The translations under genes and the position numbers were made by a program. Positions 13,346 through 23,380 of a stretch of 64,000 bases of DNA are shown piece after piece; positions within the stretch are counted from its first letter, which is position 1; each line of letters opens with the position of its first letter. The stretch is from Zygnema circumcarinatum SAG 698-1b (taxonomy: Eukaryota > Plantae > Zygnematophyceae). The DNA lies in assembly GCA_037447605.1 (NCBI GenBank), contig CM074809.1, positions 920,689-984,688 of the forward strand, given 5' to 3'. The notes under the pieces were generated by a model. That model saw only the letters and a list, made by a program, of their open reading frames with translations, made no database searches and was not told the DNA's origin.

Positions 13346-14816
13346 CTGTATGTATTTTAAAGATTTTTTTTTCATGTTTATAAAGGGAGCGAATAATAAT
13401 GTTTCAGAACCCTAAACCCTTACAGATTCTTCTTAAAATAGGGTGTTAGACAGTGCCTGCTAAATTAAGTTCTGCTGCTGGCAGGGTGGGAGAGAGTTTA
13501 CCTTGTCAATGAGTTGGGTATGTTTCTGGATCATATGAATAGCGCGACGCGTCTTTGGGAGGTGTTGGACATCCAAAAAAATGATCAATCGGGACATGGA
13601 ACTAAGTTCAGAGCGCACCCTTAAAGGCCGCGTCTTTGCGGTCCAACTTTCTTCAAAACTGCTTTTGAAGCGGCGGAGTTAGAAACTGGAGACAGAGTTT
13701 TCCAGTTTTCAACCGAGGTTTTTAAACTCGCTTCAACCAGTTGTAACTTCAACCGTCCGCACGAGCGAGCCGTTCGTTGATAAGCCGCAGAATAGAGCAA
13801 TGAAATGGCGCCACGTGGCCTCCACATGGCACATTATGAGGCACGACTGCCAAAGTGTCGGCGCATGTTTTTGCCAGCTCAGCCCTAAATCCTGATCGCG
13901 CGGGACTGCAAGGAAAACAGAGCGCAGTGTGCCGCGTGTCGTTATTTCGTTATAATTTGGATCTCACAAGTTTACCCCATTTTTCTATTCGGGCACGAAA
14001 GCGATACCCGAATTATTTAGCGTCAACAGTTCGCACGTGTGATATCACACAGCAATGTTGGACCACATCAGCAAATTGATGAATTGGACCATGAAAACGC
14101 ACCCATATAGTTCAAGATTCGGCACTTGCGAGATGACATCAGCAAAACTGAAGCACGTCATCAAAAGAAGTTGAAGAAGTTGAATGTTGGATTATGCGAA
14201 CATAGCTGAAGTCGCACACAGGCTTCGGCATTGAAATAGAAAACTGCCTTCTAATAGGCTCATAGTTGTTAACACGGCGTTGAACCTTGTGTGGATTGTA
14301 ATGACATCGAGAAATGTAAAGAGTTTAATCTTTGGTATTTCTCTTAAACCTTTGTCATTTGCTATGAGATGATCCTCTATGTGATAGCCACATAGCCAAC
14401 CATGTTGTTTAGACCTGAAAAGGCAACCGCAGATGTACATATTAAGCCATACATCTCTATGTATACCGTTATGTGGCATCGCACTATAATGGTTAGATCT
14501 GCAAAATCGATTGTGTGCTGAGGAGAGGCAAAGGCTTGTTAAGATACATCGACGGTAGCATTGTGGCATCGGAAGAGATACAAGAACCAGCTGCTTCGAA
14601 TAGTACAGTCTAAAAGCGCCGCACATCGGCGACCTTCGCGGCTGCTTCTAGTGCCGTGTTGTTGGGCCTAGGAGTAGATCTCCGTTTTGAGGCTTTCTCT
14701 CTGTCCTTATGTCCATTGTGACCGCTTCTTCTGGTTCCCTATGTCGATTTTATCCATATACATTTGATGGCCTTGCCATCGTGAGTTCAATCAAACATCT
14801 CTTTTCGCGTCTAAAA

Positions 14817-15676
14817 GTGTAGCGGTTGCTACACCCACCATGGTGCTCCAACCATGTGCCCCACCGTACCGCCGTACTGTACGTACGGCCGATGCACAGT
14901 ACAGTCAACAGTCCTCATATTTTCGCCATGGTTTTGGCAAATATGAGGCGAAAATATTGATTTTTGCAAATAGAAGGTTCGTGTTACCAATAGACGGGCG
15001 GTATTGTTAGAGTTCATGTTGTACCGTACGTATCGTACCGCGTCATATCGTACCGTATCGTACCGTGTCGTTCAGTATTCTATCGTATTGTGTCGTATCG
15101 AAGCCAAAAAAGAGGAAAGACGAGCGAGCTCCTCTTACGGCGGCACTTGCGGGAAGATTCGGTGAGTTTTGCTGAAGCCCGTAACGGCTAGCACAGCAAG
15201 TACGAAAAGTACGGCTAGTACGGCTAGTACGGTTTTTAGGGTTTTAGGGTTTCTTAGCCTTCTTAGGGTTTTAGGGGTACGAATAGTACGGGTAGTACGG
15301 ATAACACAGAGTTACCGTACAAAAAGGTGGTTTCGGCAAAATCGGGGCGAATTTCTTGGGGACGCACTGTACAGGGTGGAAAATATGAGGACTGCTGACT
15401 GTACAGTACTGTACTGTACCTCAGCCATACGACAAGTCGTACAACTGACCATAACGGTCGACCGCGAGCAAGGCTAATTACTCACAAGGCGCCATGTGGC
15501 ATAGGATCGCCCTCTGACGTGCGTTAAGAGGGTGCTGCAAGTCTGCCTGGGCTAACGGACCAAACCAAACCAAACCATAACCATAACCAAACCATAACAA
15601 TGGGCCGTACGAAGAGCCGTACAATTGTCGTACATCGGCCCGCGAAGCACCATGGTGGGCGTAGTAACCGCTACAC
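14817..15676. mobile_element. Non-autonomous element bounded by 31-bp terminal inverted repeats that end in a hairpin
   Basis: 14817-14847 gtgtagcggttgctacacccaccatggtgct versus the reverse complement of 15646-15676 gtgtagcggttactacgcccaccatggtgct (29/31 identical). There is no coding capacity, and I found no clear TSD. Confidence 0.65.
14902..15401. mobile_element. MITE-like element with CAGT termini and TA flanks (Tc1/mariner-type signature), nested in the previous element
   Basis: TA|cagtcaacagtcctcatattttc ... gaaaatatgaggactgctgactg|TA: 23-bp inverted repeats with 1 mismatch, and TA at 14900-14901 and 15402-15403. The interior has (TATCG/TACCG)n, GTAC repeats and TTTTAGGG units. Confidence 0.6.
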
Positions 15677-15949
15677 CAAGTCTTTCACAAAGGGGGAGGG
15701 GAGAGGAGCATTAGCGAGCTCCTACTAGTCGCTGGAAACCGGCATTGAGAGCAAGAGCAAGGAGGCTGTGAGATCGCCTTGCTACAAAGACTCCAAGACC
15801 ATATCCTAATATAAACGATGGTCCAGATTTTGGATCTAAAAGCCTTACAGAAGGTGAGGAAAAGCTTAACAGAATATGATGTGGTAGTGTAACAGGAGGC
15901 CCCAACCCCCCGCCCTAGCTCTTTCTCTTTGTAGTGCTGGTTTTTAGCG

Positions 15950-16239
15950 AGCTCTAAGAGCTTGCGAATGCCCCTTTGCTCCCTTCATCAATGCAAGGGA
16001 CCAGGAGTAAGGCCAACCACTGGCAAAGCGCCGTGTGGCATGGGATTGCCTCTAATGCGCATCAAAGGTTGCCGTGCATCAACCAGAGTCTGATGGATGC
16101 GTGCCATACAAGGGTATGGCGATGTACATAGTCAACCGTGCGAGTCACCATATGACCAAAGTACATCAACCATACAATATGGCCGTGTGACAGGGCACAT
16201 AGTGCGCAAAGCACCATGGTGGGTGTAACAACCGCTACA
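15950..16239 (+). mobile_element. Degenerate copy of the right arm of the 14817-15676 element
   Basis: gcgccgtgtggcatgggattgcctct (about 16028) resembles gcgccatgtggcataggatcgccctct (about 15489). It ends in agcaccatggtgggtgtaacaaccgctaca (16210-16239), a third copy of the TIR. Confidence 0.6.
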
Positions 16240-16984
16240 AGTAAGAATGGTGATAATGTTTGAGTTTAATTCATCGATACTCAAAGTTAGGTACTGTGAA
16301 GACAACTTTTTATATGTAATTAGGTTTAGTAGCCTAATGCAAAAGTTTATCACAATGAAACAATTTTTAGATGCACATCATAAGATCATTCAATTCCTAA
16401 AATATTTGCAATTTGAAGCCATCCAAAAAAAAAATCAACAAATTGATAACTTGTTATCAAAACATTACATTTAATGAAAAATATTAAGAATTGTCTAAAT
16501 CACATTCAAGGTAGCCATATCTTTTGTCTTTTAAAAACTTTTGAATACATTCATATTTTTCAAATTCAATTTCAAGGATTTTCTCTTGAGCAAGCGCTAG
16601 TTTTTTTTGTTCGTTGAGATGAATCTGCATCACAAACGGACTCCATGTTTTGTTAAAATTAAAATAAGAATTTAAATTTTATACTACTAGCTTTAAACTT
16701 TTAACGACTAAATAATCACTTATTAAACACTCACTTACGTAAAAACATATAACAATCAATTAAAAAAAATCCACAACTTCTTCTTAAAAGGACTATATAC
16801 CAACTTCTACAAAAACTATCACTAGAATTGCCATTGTCTTTGATGGCCCTCTCGTGGAACCTTTAGCCAACATACAAAACTGAGAGCAAAACCAACCAAT
16901 AACAACACGACATGCAATATAAATTTCCTTTTGGATCTAACAACAGCTCTAAGAAATAAGAGCCCTTGGAAGCGAATGTTACCG

Positions 16985-17600
16985 CTACCATGCGCCCCAA
17001 CCGTACAATGAATTGTACAAAATACATACAATACCATGCCCAATATTTTCACCATGGTTTCAACCGAGATTGGACGAAAATCTTGGGGATAAAAAGTAAA
17101 AGGAAGTCTGTTAACATTAGGCAAGGGTATTATATTAAAGTTACGTATATAGATCCGTATGTATCAAACGCTTGTAGTATAATACCCTGTATTATACGTG
17201 CATACTATACCACGTTTTAAAATATAGTGTACTTTATATGTATTTAACGTCTTTTCTTTGCCCTCTTGCTAGTTAGATAGAGATTGATTATAATAATTGA
17301 AGCTTCAAGCTGTAAGGCATCTTTAGGACACCCCTAGTCTCAAAATAGTTGTATTGAAAAATAGGTCTACAAGAGCAGTTTTAAGGGGGACGGTGATGAT
17401 GGGACATATAGTAGTATTGTTACAATGGTGCATCACGAGAAGGATAAGAGAAAAAGAGCACCAACAAAATGATGATAACCCTTAAATTAAACCCTTAATA
17501 CATTAACACTAACAAAGTGGTTTCCTCCCAATCTGGGCAAATTTCTTGGGTAGCGAAAGTGCTTGGGGCAAAAATATCTGAAGGGGGGTACTGTACCCCA
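16985..17600 (+). mobile_element. AT-decayed copy of the left part and inner MITE of the 14.8-15.4 kb composite element
   Basis: ccatgcgccccaaccgtac resembles ccatgtgccccaccgtac. atattttcaccatggtttc resembles atattttcgccatggtttt. aagtggtttcctcccaatctgggcaaatttcttggg resembles aggtggtttcggcaaaatcggggcgaatttcttggg. Aligned by eye. Confidence 0.5.
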
Positions 17601-17639
17601 ATCACACAACGGATTGTATAATCAATCGCACATTTTGTA

Positions 17640-17823
17640 CGGTTACACGTCCCCAAGCGCCTTTGGAGTTGAAAGGACGTGCAACAACCTATAACGCATA
17701 CCAGAGGCGAACCTATGCCACGTGGTGCCTTGCTTGATTGGCCTTACTACTAGTAAAGTGTTCGATAGTGGAAACAAGCATTTAATGAAAGAGCAAGGGG
17801 GCTGAGGAGCCGAGCTGCTACAC
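17640..17823 (-). mobile_element. Inverted degenerate copy of the same repeat family
   Basis: The reverse complement caaggcaccacgtggcataggttcgcctctggtatgcgttataggttgttgcacgtc resembles 15485-15543, and cccttgctctttcattaaatgc resembles 15974-15995. Confidence 0.55.
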
Positions 17824-18583
17824 CTTGGTACCACATCTATCTCTTGATCGATCGACAATATGACACAAATCTAAACATGGTTGAGTACAAAACCTAAATA
17901 GCTCACTATCTTAGACTCGTCTTGTTTTAATAGGGCATGTTAGACTAAGAGTTTTCCATTTTGTAAGTTGATACAAAAACAAGTACTTTGGGGACATTGC
18001 GATTTAACTACAAAGGAGTACTTCTATAATTTTTATAACACTTCTTGTAAGATTTTGTTAAGTTTGACAGGTCGTACAGAGAAAAACCAAATTTCGCTTT
18101 CATACTCAAAAAAAAAACAAACAATGATTCAAACCTACTGCATATATACATCTATCTACAACAAGTCAAAAATAATCTATATTTCATATAGACTGGAATG
18201 CATAGACTCTTGCACACATATCCTCCAACAATTTCATAAATTTTCAATGCATACTTATTACATGCGTTAAACAACGCACAACGTAACATAAGCCCATCTC
18301 TTCCAATTTCAAGGATGATCCACCCCAAGGAAAATGCCCTGCCAATATCTTTTAAAAAGGCCACTTATGCAAGCTTCAAAAACAAACATGACATAACATC
18401 ACCACATGAACATTACATTATAGCGATTTATTTTACAAAAGCGTGTGTATGTCACTTTTACATCACCAAGAAATTCTTGAGAATGGAACAATTGGCTGGA
18501 TATGTATGCACTTGATTTCACATGCAATCACAGAAAGAAAGGTTTGTTGGTTGTCTCAAAAGTTGTTGAGTCAGATGGCTCAC

Positions 18584-19441
18584 CTCTTTCAGAGCAGCGA
18601 TTTCTTCAGCATGTCGCCTGGCCAACCCTTCAGTCCTCTCCGTCCGTTTACCTCGAGAGACAACGTAAAATTCGAAGCAACGTTTCTTTGACGGACGTTC
18701 AGGGAACATTTCAGCAGTAGCAAAGCGGACGGTTACAGGCCGGGGTAAACCTCCCAACATAAAGAGCTTCTCCTTGAACTCCTCTACTACCTGAATATCC
18801 AAAGACGAATCATGTCTTGCGATTCCTTAAACTTTTTTGCACATTCAACTCTTTGAAAGGATTAAGGTTGGAATCTTATAATCTGAAGATCGAGAAAATT
18901 AGCTCCTCCATATGTTTCTCATTTCTAGCTCTTATTGACAGTTTAAGATGCCACTGCAAAACAGCCGCCGCCAAACGAACTCGTTGACGTCGTATCAATA
19001 TTGTTCCCTCTTGTTTGTTTTGGAATTTCTGCACAGGACTCTAGTATCAACTTCAATGAAGTTACTACGGAGATATTACAGCCTGAGAAAACGACGTCGC
19101 ATCATCACGCATCCAACACTTTTCCAACATGGCCCATTTCTGCAGTCCACACAAACCCTAAAATCACCAAAGTAAATGATGCTCACAGTCACTGCCTGCT
19201 CCCGTGTCTCCAATTCCACAAGAGCACAGCTGAGTCGAATTTTATTTTTGAGCTCTTGATGACAGAGAGTGATGTCCTGCACAACTCCGAACTGCGAGAT
19301 AGCGCTTTTGATGACAGACTCATCCAGAATGGGCGAGAGGTCATCGATCAGCACCGTTCGTCTCACTTTCTCTTCGAATTTTGCGGCCTCATCGACCTCG
19401 AGGTCAGCCGGAGGCAACCCCGCAAGGGTCCCTGCCGCCAT
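18584..19441 (-). CDS. AIPP1: RRM protein resembling ASI1-immunoprecipitated protein 1 / EDM3; last exon(s) not resolved
   Basis: Exon 19441-19187 encodes MAAG...KFEEKVRRTVLIDDLSPILDESVIKSAISQFGVV...SCALVELET. Exon 18790-18584 encodes VVEEFKEKLFMLGGLPRPVTVRFATAEMFPERP...LARRHAEE. These match the AIPP1 pattern EKVKRTVYID...FMMSGMPRPV...MF.DRP as I recall it. Confidence 0.75.
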
Positions 19442-19892
19442 GGCTGCTCGCTCTGCAGCAAAGCCTCCTCCAGTCTCAGCCAGTCCCAGCCATGTCCTGG
19501 AGCTTGCACTCCAATATGCTGAACATATATCGGGACTACCCATATCGAATGTGCATCGCAAAATTTCGATCGTGTATCGGAATATATCGTGCGAGGTATT
19601 GAGTCATCTCGAGAATGTATCGTATTGTGTCGCATCGTATTGATGGTGTATCGTATCGAGGTTGATCCAAAGCGATTACCCACGTGTCAAAATTCCAGTG
19701 GTAACACACCACGTTGGATGAACTAGGCGTTGTACGGTCCTTAGTGATGTACGGTTTTGAAACTTCTACGAAACTGTTTTATTTGAACCTTCCGCGAAGT
19801 TTCCAATTTTTAAAGCCCTGCCTCCCTCTCTCCCTCCCTCGCTCCCTCCCTCTGTGCCGCGTTCGCCACTCTGGGAGGCGCTGTTCGCCGCC

Positions 19893-22527
19893 ATGGTCTT
19901 GGCGGGAGAGCGGAGGGAGGGGGCGGAGGGAGAGGGAGGCGCAGACACGCGTCTCGAGTATCTCGATGACATGCAGCGAACTGAGGGGGAGGCCAAGGTC
20001 GTCAATGTCGTGCTGGTAAGACTTGCCGCTGCTTTTGGAGCCCCACCATCGATTTCATGTGCTAAGGTCTGCGGTCTTCCTCGAATTATGGTTTATCAAT
20101 TGAATATTGTTTCTTAAATTGGGTAATTGAAGGACATTTTGGAATGGGTGCTTTTGACTTGACGTAGTTTCGCTCCTTTGATTCTCTAGCTCTCTCCTTC
20201 TCTCGTTTCGTTTGCAGGAAGATGGGCGCATAGCCGTCATTTTGAACCAAACCATATTCTATCCTCAAGGCGGAGGCCAGCCTGCTGATCACGGATGGAT
20301 TCTGTCGGTGGACCGAGCAATGCAGTTTCGAGTGGAGGATGTTCGACAGAAAGGCGGCTTGGTGAGCTCCAGTGGCGGATCCAGTCTGGTTTTTCTTAAG
20401 CATGCTGACCTACCTGCTTCATTTCTTCCGTAGTTGCTCGCTAGTGCTTTAGGCGATCGCTCCGTACTTTGAAAAGCTTTGGCCTTAGAAAGTCGTTTGA
20501 CTCTGTCTTGCACTCGGCTGCTAGAGTGATCCCTGTACTTCTCTGCCCTCAAATGTCGAAATTTTCTTTCAATTCTCTTTTGCTTGTTCTATGCAACGTA
20601 ATCAATGTGCTATTGTCATATATACTTTTTGGAGATGGTTGTTTGTCTCCCGACACATTCCCTCCAGCCGTGCATGTTTGAATCAGTAAGACCGTTCTTG
20701 GAACCGTATCAGAAACGTTTGAAAGATGAGGGGGATGTCAGGTTTACCACTACGGCTTCTTTTCAGAAGAGCAGGAAGCTGAGTTGAGCGCAGAGTTTCG
20801 AACGAACCAAGAAGTGATTTTGGAGGTCGACTTTGAACGCCGTTACTTTCACTCAAGGTACAAGTAATGACCCGGAGACTGAGCTGCTCTTTGCTCTCTC
20901 TCTCTCAGTCTGTCTATTTCACTATCAGGGAAAGCTTTTGAGGCCATTTACGTTTTGAGATGAGTGGGTAGATATTGCTGTTCTTCGTACTCTCAAAGTG
21001 ACTGGATTAGAAGCATCTTGCTCGTCTATTGAGTCTTGTTTCTTCTATTGTATTTTACACGTGCTCCTAGTGGGAGATGACGTCAGATTGCATTCTGCTG
21101 GCCACCTTTTGGACTCCTGCGTATTGAAGTTCTGCAAGACTGAGCTGCTTCCCGAAAGAGGATATCACTTTCCCGACAGGTGATTCTGCTTCGTCTCCCT
21201 CTCCCTCTCCCTCTCCCTATCTCTCTCCCGCGCTCTCGCTCTCTCCTTTCTACTCTTCTTTCTTCTCCTTAATCTTGTTCTCCTCAAATATCCTCCTTTG
21301 GTGACCTTCACTTCCATCAGTTTTTCACCTTTTTGTTTGTTTTTTTTTTCCGTCTCTTTTTTGTACATTACCTTCGGGGCCATAACTTTTTCTTTTTGAA
21401 CGTGGGCAGCCCTAACGTGGAGTACAAGGGAGTGGTTCCCAAAGACCAAGTTGAAGACTTGAGGACAGAGGCCGAGGTGGAAGCCAATCGGTTGGTGACA
21501 GCTGGCGGCGAGGTAGGGCCAAGTTCATATGCAGGGTCATTCAGCATTGTATGAAGAATGTATTCTCCTTCATTTTTTTTTTTTTTTTTTTTTTTTTGGC
21601 GCGTTGGCGTGAAAGATGGCTGTGTGTTTAGAATTGTGCTTCGGAAATTTTATCTGTTTTCGGTGATTGACTTTTGCATGGCAATTTGCTGTTGGTCCTT
21701 GATAGATTTACTCACTGGTGACGGATTACAGTGAAGCTGAAGCCTTGTGCGGGGGATATCTTCCGGATTTTATTCCAAAAGTGAGTCACATGATCAGATT
21801 TCTACGGAGTTTGGTCTTGTTTGCTCCTTGCAGATGCCCTCCTTTATATTTGTAATGCTTCCGTCACTGAAACTCCAGAGGCGCAAGTTTTGACATATGC
21901 ATATGATGAATTCGGATGAGCATCCATCCATGTCTTTGCCTCAAGCATATTATTCTGATCTATCTCTCTATCGACACCCTACCACTCTTGTGCAACTAAC
22001 TCTATTGCACTACTCGTTGCAACTCACGAATATCGCCAATTTACTTCCTCTCAATTGCCCAAAAAGTTGATGCACTTTATGTGGCTTGGTTTCGGCCATT
22101 CAGGAGAGCAGGCCGCGGATAGTTGTTATGGCGGGTCTCGGATGCCCTTGCGGCGGTACGCACGTGCGAGATATATCAGAAATAGGCCCCATGAAGGTGA
22201 CCTTACCGCATTTTGTTGGCAGAGTCTTCGGCTGTTGGGTGAAAGGGCGAGTTGAACCTAGAGTTTGTTGTTTAGTGGGAGCCATGCTATGTCTCTCTCT
22301 TCTCTGTCTTCTCTCTCCTCTCTCTCCTCCCTCTTCTCTCTCGTCTCTCCCCCCACTCTCGTCTCTCCCTTCTTTCCCCTCTCTCTCGTCTCTCGCTTCT
22401 CTCTCGTCTCTCTCGTCTCTCTCACTGTTTCTCTTAATGGGGATTTCAGGTTCGCAAAATTCGAGCGAAGAAAGGTATGACCATCGTCTCCTATACGATT
22501 GAGAAGGAGGTTGGAACCATATCTTGA
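19893..22527 (+). CDS. Free-standing alanyl-tRNA editing protein AlaX (AlaXp), multi-exon
   Basis: TRLEYLDDM, TIFYPQGGGQPADHG, HxxxH motif RLHSAGHLLD, GYHFPD-SPNVEY and CxxxH motif CPCGGTHV. Last exon 22450-22527 VRKIRAKKGMTIVSY..TGA. Confidence 0.9.
22290..22425. repeat. CT-rich microsatellite-like tract in the last AlaX intron
   Basis: Degenerate (CT)n/(CTCTCGT)n seen directly. Confidence 0.85.
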
Positions 22528-23380
22528 GTCGTTAGTCGGAACCTGGTCCTGGGCAGAGTCACCGATTTTACCATCTGATTATCAAGCAGGGTTTGCAACA
22601 CTGTACAGTAAGTTACTTTTAAAATAGAAATAAACTACTTTTACCACTGTTTCTATTCTAATTCCATTCGTGGTACAGGATGTAGTAGGCATATGTTAGT
22701 TGATTTGCACACGTGGAGCATTCAATATTTATCTCGTTAGAAATGCCTGGTCTATGTTTGAGTATGCATAAGTATGAAAGCAAAACATTGCAATCTATAA
22801 GCGTTGAAGCAGCTGTTTGGGTTTTTATGTTGTCCGGACCCTCATGCTTGGATTTAATAAAGATGATGTGAACTATTGAAAAGTCAGAAATGACTTGTGA
22901 CCTTGCCAGTCTCTTCCTCCCTTAAGATTCTTATGTGATTCGTCAAAGGTGTCGAGCGTGCGTGCGTGCCAATTCTTCACTCAAAATTTAGAGTACTTAT
23001 ATGTGGGTCATGAAATTGCTGATGCTGAGGGGGGGGCACCGCCCTGCATAGACGGCAGGAACAGCCCTAACTTGGCAGCTCGCAGGGCCACACCAACCGG
23101 GTCGAGATAAAGGCACTTTCAGACTTTCACAAAGCTCCTTTTTCCAGCAATTCCACAGCTGAAACTACGCAGCAAAAACACAAACATACAGGAGCTCCCT
23201 AAGGCGCCTTATTCCTCTCTCTCACCAGCCTTCCGTTGCTCCAGCTCACTACTCTGTCTCTGCCCCACTCTCTCCTCTCCCTTTCTCCCCCTCTACCCAG
23301 TTCCTACACACTTCTCCTACAGGCATCCCTCCTAACTGCATGTACACCATCCCCCCAAACGCGAAGCAGAGTTCGTTTTG

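Noticed and set aside
15234-15277. TTTTAGGG repeats as a telomere or chromosome-fusion scar
   Set aside because: Only 2-3 units are present, and they lie inside a TIR-bounded element.
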